Position numbers and translations under genes: made by a program. A stretch of DNA of 32,859 bases from Lachnospiraceae bacterium (lineage in GTDB: Bacteria; Bacillota; Clostridia; Lachnospirales; Lachnospiraceae), in NCBI GenBank assembly GCA_045646565.1, contig JAZRKZ010000235.1, positions 1-32,859 of the forward strand, read 5' to 3'. Position 1 is the stretch's first letter. Every line of letters starts with the position of its first letter. This document shows, piece after piece, positions 17,700-26,823 of the stretch. The notes beneath the pieces were generated by a model that saw nothing but the letters and a program-made list of their open reading frames with translations, ran no database searches and had not been told where the DNA came from.

Positions 17700-19238
17700 A
17701 TGGAAATTCGTAATGATGCCTGGCGTGGCTTTAAGGGGACGCACTGGACGGATGACATTAATGTAAGAGACTTCATCCAGAATAATTATACGGTTTATGA
17801 AGGCGATGAGAGCTTCCTTGCAGGCCCGACAGAAGGAACGGATAAACTCTGGGGAAGTCTGCAGGAGCTTCAGAAGGAAGAGAGGGCCCGCGGCGGCGTT
17901 CTTGAGTGCGAGACGGAGGTCGTTACCGGCCTTACCGCATATGGTCCGGGATATATTGATAATGAACTGAAAGGGTACGAGAGAGTGGTCGGTCTTCAGA
18001 CGGACAAGCCTCTGAAGCGCGCGTTCATGCCGTACGGCGGCATCAAGATGGCCATGCAGGCCGCCAGCACCTACGGCTATGAAGTAAACTCGAAATATAA
18101 GAAGATATTCAATGAGTATCACAAGACACATAATCAGGCTGTATTTGATGCATACACGCCGGAGATGAAGGCGGCAAGACATACACACATTATCACAGGC
18201 CTTCCGGATACCTACGGACGCGGCCGAATTGTAGGCGATTACCGCCGTGTCGCGCTTTACGGCATTGACTTCCTTATTGAGAAGAAGAAGGAAGATCTTG
18301 CCAACTGCGGCCATGGTGAGATGACCGACAACATCATCCGTCAGAGAGAAGAGCTCGCGGATCAGATCAAAGCCCTCAATCAGATGAAGGAGATGGCGGC
18401 CATCTATGGATATGATATCTCTGTTCCGGCAGCAGATGCTGCCGAAGCGGTCCAGTGGCTGTACTTCGGCTATCTTGCGGCTATCAAGACACAGAACGGC
18501 GCAGCTATGTCTGTCGGTCGTATCTCCACATTCCTTGATATTTACATCCAGAGAGATCTGGACGAAGGCAGGATCACAGAGAAAGAAGCCCAGGAACTGA
18601 TTGACCATCTGGTAATGAAGTTCAGAATGGTTAAATTTGCACGCATTCCTTCCTACAACCAGCTGTTCTCCGGCGACCCGGTATGGGCGACTCTGGAAGT
18701 GGCAGGTATCGGCATGGATGGCAGGCCGCTCGTGACAAAGAACGACTTCCGATTCCTCCACACGCTGGAGAATATGGGACCGTCGCCGGAGCCGAACCTG
18801 ACTGTTCTGTACTCCAGCAAGCTGCCGGATGGCCGTGAAGCCTACAAACCTTTCGCGCCGGGCGGAAACCCGTCCTACGGAGCGGAGCAGGAGGGACTTC
18901 TCGCCTCTCTTAACTCTGTCGCGAAGGTTCCGTACGAGTACGCGCTCGACGGTATTTCCAACACACAGACCATCAGCCCGACAGCTCTCGGCCACAATGT
19001 TGACGAGCAGAAGAACACGCTGGTGAATGTCATGGACGGTTATTTCGACCGCGGCGCACATCATCTGAATGTCAATGTATTCGGCACGGAGAAGCTGATC
19101 GACGCTATGAATCATCCGGAGAAGCCGGAGTATGCGAACTTCACGATCCGTGTATCCGGTTATGCTGTTAAGTTCATCGATCTGACAAAGGAGCAGCAGA
19201 TGGATGTTATCGCAAGAACATGCCATAAGTCACTGTAA
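17700..19238 (+). CDS. pflB: Pyruvate formate-lyase homolog with a large in-frame internal deletion (512 aa; possibly a pseudogene)
   Basis: [31 protein letters not shown], then [15 protein letters not shown] joined directly to [15 protein letters not shown]; TIRVSGYAV present; no Cys-Cys motif. Confidence 0.9.
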   Translation: MEIRNDAWRGFKGTHWTDDINVRDFIQNNYTVYEGDESFLAGPTEGTDKLWGSLQELQKEERARGGVLECETEVVTGLTAYGPGYIDNELKGYERVVGLQTDKPLKRAFMPYGGIKMAMQAASTYGYEVNSKYKKIFNEYHKTHNQAVFDAYTPEMKAARHTHIITGLPDTYGRGRIVGDYRRVALYGIDFLIEKKKEDLANCGHGEMTDNIIRQREELADQIKALNQMKEMAAIYGYDISVPAADAAEAVQWLYFGYLAAIKTQNGAAMSVGRISTFLDIYIQRDLDEGRITEKEAQELIDHLVMKFRMVKFARIPSYNQLFSGDPVWATLEVAGIGMDGRPLVTKNDFRFLHTLENMGPSPEPNLTVLYSSKLPDGREAYKPFAPGGNPSYGAEQEGLLASLNSVAKVPYEYALDGISNTQTISPTALGHNVDEQKNTLVNVMDGYFDRGAHHLNVNVFGTEKLIDAMNHPEKPEYANFTIRVSGYAVKFIDLTKEQQMDVIARTCHKSL

Positions 19239-19254
19239 CAGGATCGGCGAAGAA

Positions 19255-20037
19255 GTGGATGACCGACAGCCAAAGGAAGTCATGGGATGGGTCCACTCCA
19301 CAGAGTCTTTCGGCGCGGTCGACGGACCCGGCATCAGATTCCTGATCTTTCTTCAGGGATGCAATATGAGGTGCCGGTACTGTCATAATCCGGATACCTG
19401 GAGGATGCCCGACAAAGCAGGAGACGGTCCGGTCTCTAAAGGTCCATGGAAACAAATGTCCGTCGAGGAGCTTTTAAAGAAAGCGGAACGCTACCGCACC
19501 TACTGGAGGGATACCGGCGGTATCACGGTCAGCGGAGGAGAGGCCCTGCTTCAGATCGACTTTCTCACGGCACTTTTTGAGGAAGCCCACCGCCGCAGGA
19601 TCAGCACGGTACTTGACACCGCGGCTCAGCCGTTCACAAGAAAGCAGCCGTTCTTTGGTAAATTTGAGCGCCTGATGGACAGCACCGATCTCGTGCTTCT
19701 CGATATCAAGCATATCGATGACAAAAAGCACAGAATACTCACCGGGCACACGAATGAGAATATTCTGGACTGTGCCCGCTATCTGTCCGATATCGGGAAA
19801 CCGGTCTGGATCCGCCACGTTCTTGTGCCCGGAATCAATGATTCTGAGGAAGATTTGTCAAGAACCGCGGAGTTCATTCACACTTTGAAGAACGTCGAAA
19901 AAGTGGAGGTCCTGCCTTACCACACGCTCGGTATTTTTAAATGGGAGGAGCTGGGTTACGAATACGCCCTGAAGGATGTAGAGCCGCCATCAGATGAGAG
20001 TGTGGCTATGGCAAAGAGAATACTATCGGCAGAGTGA
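19255..20037 (+). CDS. pflA: Pyruvate formate-lyase activating enzyme (radical SAM)
   Basis: HSTESFGAVDGPGIRF, GCNMRCRYCHNPDTW, GGITVSGGEALLQ, EVLPYHTLG. Start uncertain (GTG 19255 or ATG 19282). Confidence 0.93.
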   Translation: MDDRQPKEVMGWVHSTESFGAVDGPGIRFLIFLQGCNMRCRYCHNPDTWRMPDKAGDGPVSKGPWKQMSVEELLKKAERYRTYWRDTGGITVSGGEALLQIDFLTALFEEAHRRRISTVLDTAAQPFTRKQPFFGKFERLMDSTDLVLLDIKHIDDKKHRILTGHTNENILDCARYLSDIGKPVWIRHVLVPGINDSEEDLSRTAEFIHTLKNVEKVEVLPYHTLGIFKWEELGYEYALKDVEPPSDESVAMAKRILSAE

Positions 20038-20046
20038 CAGAAATAA

Positions 20047-20090
20047 AGAAGGGGTTGTCGCAATGGCGCGCTGCCCCTTCTTGTTTTTTG
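20047..20090 (+). terminator. Intrinsic terminator after pflA
   Basis: AAGAAGGGG...CCCCTTCTT stem followed by GTTTTTT. Confidence 0.75.
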
Positions 20091-20181
20091 CTGTCGTTCA
20101 TGCGGGGGAGGTTCTGGCTGAGAGAAAATGGAAATGATATAATAAATAGAATGATATATCATAAAAGAGGTCGAGGTGACA

Positions 20182-20360
20182 ATGAAAACATTAATCGTAT
20201 ACTACACATTGGAAGGCAACACTCATTATGCGGCAAAGAAAATGAGCTTTCCGGGAAGCGCATCGCTGCATTTGCATGTCAGAGCGGTTCGGCATCGGAG
20301 CTTAGAAGCTGGGCTGGGCTGAGAAATACATTTAAGATAAATGAGAGACAGACAGAATGA
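20182..20360 (+). pseudogene. Flavodoxin relic with internal deletion(s) and a frameshift
   Basis: GAGGTG RBS then MKTLIVYYTLEGNTHYAAKK; continues in another frame as ENELSGKRIAAFACQSGS. Only about 180 nt in total. Confidence 0.75.
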
Positions 20361-20390
20361 ACTGTCGCATAATTTGCGACAGCTCATTCT
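20354..20390. terminator. Hairpin between convergent genes
   Basis: AGAATGAaCTGTCGCA-taatt-TGCGACAGcTCATTCT. Confidence 0.7.
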
Positions 20391-20429
20391 GGGGTGGATC
20401 ATAAGTGAAAGATAAGTTGCCGGGAAATT

Positions 20430-21062
20430 CTAATCCAGCAAGGCTTTATCAACAATCTGGAAATTTGCCCTGTGGATATAGAGAGCCTTTCCGTCGATCA
20501 TTAACTTAGTAAATCTGGGCAGATCATTCTCGATTTCCCAGTAGACCTTATTTCCGGAAAAGGCATAGATCGGGGCTCCCATCTGAGATTTGATGACGAC
20601 TACCATCGGTTTTCCGAATTTATTCTTGATGCTGTTCACCATTCCGCTGATCAGAGTCGAATCCAGGAGCCCGGAAGAAGTGCTGTCGATTTTATCCAGA
20701 TAGAACTCATGCTCCGGAGTGAGCCGTGTGTCGTAGAAAATGCAGGTATCGCCGCAGGAAATAAGCTGCTTGCCATCGATTGTGATAGTGATCACGGAGC
20801 TCAGGGTCTTTGTCGTATACCACTCGTCCGAAGAGGAGGAATAGGTCTTTTCCTCGACAATGTTGTTATCGATGTCGATTTTTTTGCCGTGTGTTCTCAG
20901 AGTTCGTATCCCCGTATTGTCGAATGTGTCAATGTAATATTCATTTCCGATGATACTGCCATGCAGATCGTGGACTCCGCTCTGTATACTGGCACAGCCT
21001 GCAAGCGCAGTCATGAATATCAGAAGTACGATAGCGGCTAAAGTCTTATTCCATTTCTTCAT
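20430..21062 (-). CDS. Lipoprotein, DUF5052-like
   Basis: MKKWNK...ALAGC lipobox, GGGAGG RBS; YYIDTFDNTG, VVIKSQMGAPI, KLMIDGKALYIHRANFQI. Family name is from memory. Confidence 0.75.
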   Translation of the reverse strand: MKKWNKTLAAIVLLIFMTALAGCASIQSGVHDLHGSIIGNEYYIDTFDNTGIRTLRTHGKKIDIDNNIVEEKTYSSSSDEWYTTKTLSSVITITIDGKQLISCGDTCIFYDTRLTPEHEFYLDKIDSTSSGLLDSTLISGMVNSIKNKFGKPMVVVIKSQMGAPIYAFSGNKVYWEIENDLPRFTKLMIDGKALYIHRANFQIVDKALLD

Positions 21063-21164
21063 TTTGAATTCCTCCCACAGTTTTCCGGCATCTGTCCGGA
21101 GCTGCCTGGATGAGATGCAACCGGACGTATGCAAACAATTCTGATTATAACAAATATCGCGCCG

Positions 21165-21374
21165 ATGAAAAAGTATGATGAAATATGGGCGGCGGACAGC
21201 GCTGCCATTCAGGAATTCTTTAATGAGCATCCGGGAGATGTCTCGGTCATATCCCTGCCGGACAAAGTCATCGGGGCAATGAGATTGCCTCAGACGCGTG
21301 TCGTAATAGAAGGTGATAACGCGGCAGTGCTTTATCAGCAATTTTTCAGAAAGTTCATGAAAGCCGGGGGTTAA
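21165..21374 (+). CDS. Small hypothetical protein (69 aa)
   Basis: Fills the gap between two genes and has protein-like composition; no SD, but TATAAC shortly upstream. Confidence 0.5.
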   Translation: MKKYDEIWAADSAAIQEFFNEHPGDVSVISLPDKVIGAMRLPQTRVVIEGDNAAVLYQQFFRKFMKAGG

Positions 21375-21404
21375 GGTCTTCCGTAGGATAGTGATTTACA
21401 TATT

Positions 21405-23306
21405 TTAGAGTTCTACGATTCGCACAGGATCTTCCAGCGCGTATCCGCCGAGTTCATCCAGCTTCCTGCGGAACGCCTCGCTGCCGAGCAGTTTCAGGAA
21501 ACACTTGACTTCGGGCATCTCAAGGCTGTCCTTTCGCATGACAAAATCATATTCCTCCTCGCCAACCGGGATAAAATCAAGTCCCATCGCGTGGGCGGCG
21601 GAATACACGCCCATGCCGCAGTCGGCCTCGCCACCGGCGACCTGGGCAGCGACAGCCATGTGGGTAGCGGCTTCGGCATCATATCCTCTGACGGCCTCCT
21701 TCGGGATTCCCGCTCTGCTCAGCATATAGTCGAGCAGCACGCGCGTGCCGGCGCCCCGCTGCCTGTTGACATACTGCACTCTTGCCAGATCCTCTATACC
21801 GGTGATGCCGAGCGGATTTCCTTTGGCGACAATGAATCCCTGTATTCTCCGGACTGCTTTGACCAGGACCATTTTTTCTCCCGGGAACAGAGTGCGGATA
21901 TAGGATTCGTTGTATACGCCGGTCTTTTCGTCCAGAAGGTGGGAAGGCGTCAGGTGTGCCTCGCCGCGGCGGAGGGCCATCAGTCCTCCGAGGCTTCCTA
22001 CATGCGTGCTTGACAAACGGACGCCCCCGGGCTCCCCTGACATGAGGTCGGAGATGATATCAAGAAGCAGATCGTGGCTTCCGATGCACACCAAGGTTTT
22101 ATCCAGCTCTTCGGTGGTGCCGAACAGACTGACTGTGACGGTCTCACCCGCCTCATATCCTTCCTTTTCCTGCGGGATGATACAGAAACCGTCTGCCCTG
22201 ACCATGCTCATGGCGGCTCCCGCCCCTCTGGCAAGCGGGGAACAGACATATCTGCCGCCGACTCGCCCGACCCGGACGCGTACATATTCCCTGTGCTTGA
22301 GTGAAGAGACCAGCCTTCTTGATAGTACAGCTTCTATAGTTCTGCCTTCGGAGCCTTTCTGACCGGTAAAGGAGGCGAGCAGCGGATAGACGAAGTTCTC
22401 CATAGCGAGATATGCGGAGACCGGGTATCCGGGTATTCCGATGATCGGTTTGCCGCATGCCCTGCCCAGAATGACGGGCTTGCCCGGTTTCATGGCGACG
22501 CCGTGAACGAATACTTCTCCGATCTCGCGCAGGATATGAACTGTATAATCTTCTGTACCGGCGCTCGATCCGGCGTTGACGATGACGATGTCATTTTCTG
22601 ACAGAGCTTTGAGAACGCTTTCTCTGATCTCGTCTTTATCGTCCTTTACAATATCATATCTCTTGGGTATGCCGCCGTTCTCGCGGACCATTGCCTCGAA
22701 CATTCTGGAGTTCGACTCTATGATTTCTCCCTCCTTGGGATCATCATAGGGCTCGACGATCTCGGTCCCGGTCGGAATGATGCCCACGCGGGGCTGTGCG
22801 AACACAGGAATTTTTGTCACGCCGCCCGCAAGAAGCACGCCGATGTCGATTGGACGGATCCGATGATATCCGGTCAGGATCATCTCGCCGGAGATGATAT
22901 CTTCACCGATCGGCCGCACATGCTGCCAGGCCGGGGCGGCAGAACGGATGAGTACGCCGTCGGGCGTCTCCTGGATATCCTCGGCCATGATGACAGCGTC
23001 ATAGGGCTTCCGGATCGGATCACCTGTATCGACAATGACATAGTCCTCCTTGGGCTTAAGCAGTACAGGCGATGACTCCGAAGCCCAGTTCGTGCGGGAG
23101 GAGATCACCGCGATACCGTCCATGGCAGCGGAGTTATATAGCGGAGAAGAAAACTTTGCGTAGACGGCTTCGGCGGTGACCCGACCGAGGGCATCTGTCA
23201 CGCTGATTACTTCGGAGCGGGGCTTAATATCATCGCCAAGGGCAGTAAGATAAATATTTTTGGCTTCTTCTACGGGTATTGTCGTCAGATAAAGATTTCT
23301 CTTCAT
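21405..23306 (-). CDS. moeA: MoeA-like molybdopterin metal-insertion protein fused to a PBP-type oxyanion-binding domain
   Basis: AAMDGIAV, PTGTEI, GSSAGTED, MKPGKP, PGYPVS, then GSHD, HVGSLGGL, NRQRGAGTR, EEYDF. Confidence 0.92.
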   Translation of the reverse strand: MKRNLYLTTIPVEEAKNIYLTALGDDIKPRSEVISVTDALGRVTAEAVYAKFSSPLYNSAAMDGIAVISSRTNWASESSPVLLKPKEDYVIVDTGDPIRKPYDAVIMAEDIQETPDGVLIRSAAPAWQHVRPIGEDIISGEMILTGYHRIRPIDIGVLLAGGVTKIPVFAQPRVGIIPTGTEIVEPYDDPKEGEIIESNSRMFEAMVRENGGIPKRYDIVKDDKDEIRESVLKALSENDIVIVNAGSSAGTEDYTVHILREIGEVFVHGVAMKPGKPVILGRACGKPIIGIPGYPVSAYLAMENFVYPLLASFTGQKGSEGRTIEAVLSRRLVSSLKHREYVRVRVGRVGGRYVCSPLARGAGAAMSMVRADGFCIIPQEKEGYEAGETVTVSLFGTTEELDKTLVCIGSHDLLLDIISDLMSGEPGGVRLSSTHVGSLGGLMALRRGEAHLTPSHLLDEKTGVYNESYIRTLFPGEKMVLVKAVRRIQGFIVAKGNPLGITGIEDLARVQYVNRQRGAGTRVLLDYMLSRAGIPKEAVRGYDAEAATHMAVAAQVAGGEADCGMGVYSAAHAMGLDFIPVGEEEYDFVMRKDSLEMPEVKCFLKLLGSEAFRRKLDELGGYALEDPVRIVEL

Positions 23307-23317
23307 AATTCACTTCC

Positions 23318-24550
23318 TCATTTCCAGAGGTGGACGTCCACCGGATCACCGGCCCTGATCCCCTCCTGGTTCTCGCTCATTTCAAAATATCCATCGGCCC
23401 GGCTCATCGGTGAGATCATTCCGGATTTTGCAAATAGCGGCACCGCCAGCACGCCGTCCCCCTCCTCCAGCCTGACAAGCTGGAAAGTGCGTCTGCCCGG
23501 CGCTGACTGGACATTGGCAGTGATTTTTGCCCGCACGGTGTGGCCTGGAGGCTGTCCCGTCAGGTCACGCCAGAGGCCGATCAGGATCTGCTCGAAGACC
23601 ATCAGCGCTGCAGCCGGATGTCCCGGAAGTCCGATGTACATTGTTCTGCTTTTTTGATCGAAGCCGGTGATCGTCGGTTTCCCGGGTTTGGCTGCTATTC
23701 CGTGTGTGAGGACGCCGCAGTCAGAAACGGCGCCGATGAGTTCGGAAGTCATATCCTTCTTTCCCTTTGAACTGCCGCCTGAGATGACGATGATATCGCT
23801 GACTTCTTTGGCATCCTCAAGTGCTGTGAGGAGAGCGTCCCGGTCGTCTTTTACGGCAGCAGTCCCCACAACGCGCAGCCCCTCCCGGATGCACCGGGCA
23901 GCGATAGTGTATGTATTGATGTCCCGGACCTGTCCGGGTCCCGGGACTGCGCCTGGCGGGACAAGTTCGTCGCCGGTCGAAATGATCGTGACGGTCCAGG
24001 GAATAAAAACCGGCACGGAAGAGATTCCCACAGCGGCAAGAGTACCGATGTCCTGCGCGCGCAGGAGACGGCCTTTTCGAAGAAGGAGGTCGCCGTTTAA
24101 GATATCTTCTCCGGGCTGTACGATGTTCTCCCCGGGGGCTGTTGACTTCGTAACGGCAAGCATGCTGTCCCCGAAGGTCTCACAGTATTCTGTCATGACG
24201 ACGGAATCCGCTCCGCATACGACCTCACCGCCGGTAGGCGTGTATACACAGGTCCCGGCTTCCACTTTTAGGTGCGAGGAATCCGAACCCAGTCGCACTT
24301 CACCTGTGACGCCAAGGAATGTCGGGAGCATATCCGAAGCCGCTCCGAGGTCCGCGCTGCTGACCGCATAGCCGTCGACGGTCGACCTTCTGTATGGCGG
24401 GATATTCTCCGATGAGTACAGATCGGAAGCAAGAATACATCCTGCGGCCTCAAGGAGCCCTGCCGTTTTCGTTTTCGGAGAAATGAACCGGCTGTATTTT
24501 TTCAGTTTTTCTCTCGCTTCACTTATGGTATCAACATTCAGTAAATTCAT
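23318..24550 (-). CDS. moeA: Molybdopterin molybdo/tungstotransferase MoeA (gephyrin-like Glp)
   Basis: RSTVDGYAV, PTGG, STGDEL, SGGSSKGKKD, KPGKPT, LPGHPAA. Confidence 0.93.
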   Translation of the reverse strand: MNLLNVDTISEAREKLKKYSRFISPKTKTAGLLEAAGCILASDLYSSENIPPYRRSTVDGYAVSSADLGAASDMLPTFLGVTGEVRLGSDSSHLKVEAGTCVYTPTGGEVVCGADSVVMTEYCETFGDSMLAVTKSTAPGENIVQPGEDILNGDLLLRKGRLLRAQDIGTLAAVGISSVPVFIPWTVTIISTGDELVPPGAVPGPGQVRDINTYTIAARCIREGLRVVGTAAVKDDRDALLTALEDAKEVSDIIVISGGSSKGKKDMTSELIGAVSDCGVLTHGIAAKPGKPTITGFDQKSRTMYIGLPGHPAAALMVFEQILIGLWRDLTGQPPGHTVRAKITANVQSAPGRRTFQLVRLEEGDGVLAVPLFAKSGMISPMSRADGYFEMSENQEGIRAGDPVDVHLWK

Positions 24551-25149
24551 CTTATGACGGTTCCCTTCTCCATATAATGCGTCGTGTCAAATATCGAATT
24601 CAGCCTGTCCTGCTGGTGGGTGACGATCAGCCATGTGGAGTTATCCGCAGCCCGGCGCTCGAGGATGAGTTCCCTGAAGACGGATTCGCTGTCAGGATCA
24701 AGGTTGGAGAGTGTCTCGTCGATCATGATCAGGGAAGGATGAAATACGATTGCGCGCAGAAAAGAAAGTTTCTGCCTCTCGCCGCTGGAAAGGCTTCCCG
24801 CATACTGCTGTTTATGCTCAAGAAGCCCTGTCCGCTCAAGGAGTCCGTCGATCTCGTTCCGGTCGATCCTGGCTCCCCTCAGTTTCAGCGGGTAAATGAT
24901 ATTGTCGTAGACGCTCGCATGCATAAGATACGGCCTCTGACTGGTCATGGTAATGTCGGTAGGCCGAAGGCCTTCAAAGTCGATCGTTCCGGAATCGGGC
25001 GCGGTGATTCCCATGATGATTTTGAGGAGCGTGGTCTTGCCGCAGCCGTTAGGACCGGTCAGACCATGAATCCTGCCGCTTTCAATATGGAGATCCGGGA
25101 CATACAGTTCCATGCGCCCGATTTTTTTCCGAAGCTCAGTAATTCTCAT
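24547..25149 (-). CDS. tupC: Tungstate ABC transporter ATPase
   Basis: GPNGCGKTT, LSSGERQK, MIDE; overlaps tupB and moeA. Confidence 0.85.
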   Translation of the reverse strand: MRITELRKKIGRMELYVPDLHIESGRIHGLTGPNGCGKTTLLKIIMGITAPDSGTIDFEGLRPTDITMTSQRPYLMHASVYDNIIYPLKLRGARIDRNEIDGLLERTGLLEHKQQYAGSLSSGERQKLSFLRAIVFHPSLIMIDETLSNLDPDSESVFRELILERRAADNSTWLIVTHQQDRLNSIFDTTHYMEKGTVIR

Positions 25150-25819
25150 CCCGGATGGCCTCCTTTCTCACAAAATCTCCGAGTGACTGCAGGATGAATG
25201 CGATAAGCAGGAGCAACATTCCGAGACCGATTCCCTCTGAGTAGATGCCCTGGCTTTTGAGGAGCGAAATCATTGTCGTCATCGTCCGCGTGTGTTCCTT
25301 GATGTTCCCGCCGACGAGCATGACGGAGCCGACTTCGCTGATCGCCCTGCCGAATCCGGTAATAATGCAGAAATAGAGCTCATTTCTGAGCTCGCTTAGG
25401 ATGAGGCGGTCGGTCTGTCTTTCATTTGCACCCATGGTTTTGGCAAATGCCCGTATCGCCGGAACCGCACTGTCCGCATACGAGTAGACCATCCCGCTTA
25501 TGATCGGGGTAATGATCAGCACCTGGGCGAGGACCATGCCCTTCACGGTAAAAAGAAGCGACAGAGGGCCAAGGAGCCCTCCGCGCATGGTAAGAAGGTA
25601 AACGAGCAGTCCCATGACGACAGGGGGGACTCCCATGAGGGTCCTGTTGATACGGATGACGACCCGTTTACCGATGAAGTTGTGTTTCTGAAGCCAGAGT
25701 CCGGCTGCAATCCCGATCACGGCGGATATCAGAGTGGATGTAAAGGCCATGATAAAGGTAACTCTGATAGCGCTCATGACGGCGGGGTTGGAGAAGACTC
25801 CTTTGATCCAGCCGGGCAT
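25136..25819 (-). CDS. tupB: Tungstate ABC transporter permease
   Basis: LMGVPPVVMGL, GFGRAISEVGSVMLVGGNI..HTRTMTT; likely ATG 25819. Confidence 0.9.
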   Translation of the reverse strand: MPGWIKGVFSNPAVMSAIRVTFIMAFTSTLISAVIGIAAGLWLQKHNFIGKRVVIRINRTLMGVPPVVMGLLVYLLTMRGGLLGPLSLLFTVKGMVLAQVLIITPIISGMVYSYADSAVPAIRAFAKTMGANERQTDRLILSELRNELYFCIITGFGRAISEVGSVMLVGGNIKEHTRTMTTMISLLKSQGIYSEGIGLGMLLLLIAFILQSLGDFVRKEAIRDENY

Positions 25820-25821
25820 GA

Positions 25822-26778
25822 TCAGCTGTCTGTTCCTGCGTTCGGTGTGAACAGTGCCTGGCCGTACTTGTCGACGCCGAACTCGCCGATGAGCTTCTGG
25901 ATTTCTTCGGATGTGATCCACTCGATGAACTTATTGGCAGCTTCGTTGTTGAGCTCCGGATATTTTTCGGGGTTGACTGCAATGACGCCGTACTGGTTGA
26001 GCAGTTCCTTGCCGCCTTCGCAGACGATGTCGATCACGTAATTATTCTCGGAATCGATTGACTGCTTGAGCCATGTTCCGCGGTCGGTCAGGCAGTAAGC
26101 GTTCTTCTCATTGGCCATTGTGAGCGTAGCGCCCATGCCCTGGCCGGATTCCAGGTAATTCGGATTGGCTGTCGGATCAAGTTCAAGGCCTGCCCAGATC
26201 TTCTTTTCCTTCTTGTCCGTGCCGGAATCATCGCCGCGGGATACAAATGTGAGCTGCTGCTCCTGGATCGCTCCGAATACCGCTGCGACATCATCTGTCT
26301 TGGCAATCGGCTCCGCAGGGCCTACGATGACGAAATCATTGTACATGACCGGGAAACGCTCGACGCCGAATCCGTTCGCGATGAATTCTTCCTCACTTGC
26401 CTTGGCATGTACGAGGACAATATCGACCTGACCGTCTTCGCCCAGTTTCAGCGCTTCGCCTGTGCCGACAGCTGTCCACTGAAGATCGATGCCTGTAGCC
26501 TCTTTGAACAGCGGCTGGAGATAATCGAGAAGTCCCGTATCCTCTGTGCTGGTCGTTGTAGCCATCATGAGAACGCCGCCGTCAGCTGCAGGTTCGGCTT
26601 CTTCCGCAGGTTCGCTCTCTACTGCAGCTGTGCTTTCCACTGCAGCTGCGCTCTCTACTGCGGCCTGGCTGTCAGCTGCGGGCGTACTGCCTGCTGCAGC
26701 GCCGCCGCTTGTGCCGCCGCATCCGATCGTGGCCAGAGCCATGGCCGAACAGAGTAACATTGCCAATAGTTTTTTCAT
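25822..26778 (-). CDS. tupA: Tungstate-binding lipoprotein
   Basis: Lipobox TIGC; TupA signatures ATTTSTEDTGLL, VGTGEAL, YNDFVIVGP, SRGDDSGT, LTDRGT; Ala/Glu/Ser-rich linker. Confidence 0.92.
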   Translation of the reverse strand: MKKLLAMLLCSAMALATIGCGGTSGGAAAGSTPAADSQAAVESAAAVESTAAVESEPAEEAEPAADGGVLMMATTTSTEDTGLLDYLQPLFKEATGIDLQWTAVGTGEALKLGEDGQVDIVLVHAKASEEEFIANGFGVERFPVMYNDFVIVGPAEPIAKTDDVAAVFGAIQEQQLTFVSRGDDSGTDKKEKKIWAGLELDPTANPNYLESGQGMGATLTMANEKNAYCLTDRGTWLKQSIDSENNYVIDIVCEGGKELLNQYGVIAVNPEKYPELNNEAANKFIEWITSEEIQKLIGEFGVDKYGQALFTPNAGTDS

Positions 26779-26823
26779 TTTCTTGATCCTCCTTTATCCT
26801 TTATACTTTTAGGATTTATATAC

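Noticed and set aside
17664-19226. 520-aa antisense ORF over pflB
   Set aside because: Typical stop-free reverse frame of a codon-biased gene; no recognisable motifs.
20034-20360. 108-aa ORF after pflA
   Set aside because: It runs through the terminator; only its last part is meaningful, as the flavodoxin relic.
23667-24371. Antisense ORFs over moeA, and similar ones at 1867-2691, 8854-9555, 10383-11099, 24577-25197 and 30623-31300
   Set aside because: They overlap better-supported genes on the opposite strand and show no recognisable motifs.
26590-26680. Repeats in tupA (AAVES units) and at 4594-4690 as possible CRISPR or non-coding arrays
   Set aside because: They are in-frame low-complexity protein linkers without unique spacers, and no cas genes are present.
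26779-26823. Possible Moco/Tuco riboswitch upstream of tupA or aor
   Set aside because: Only 45 nt are available before tupA, and I saw no consensus elements there, at 28273-28609 or at 31440-31603. An Rfam scan would be decisive.
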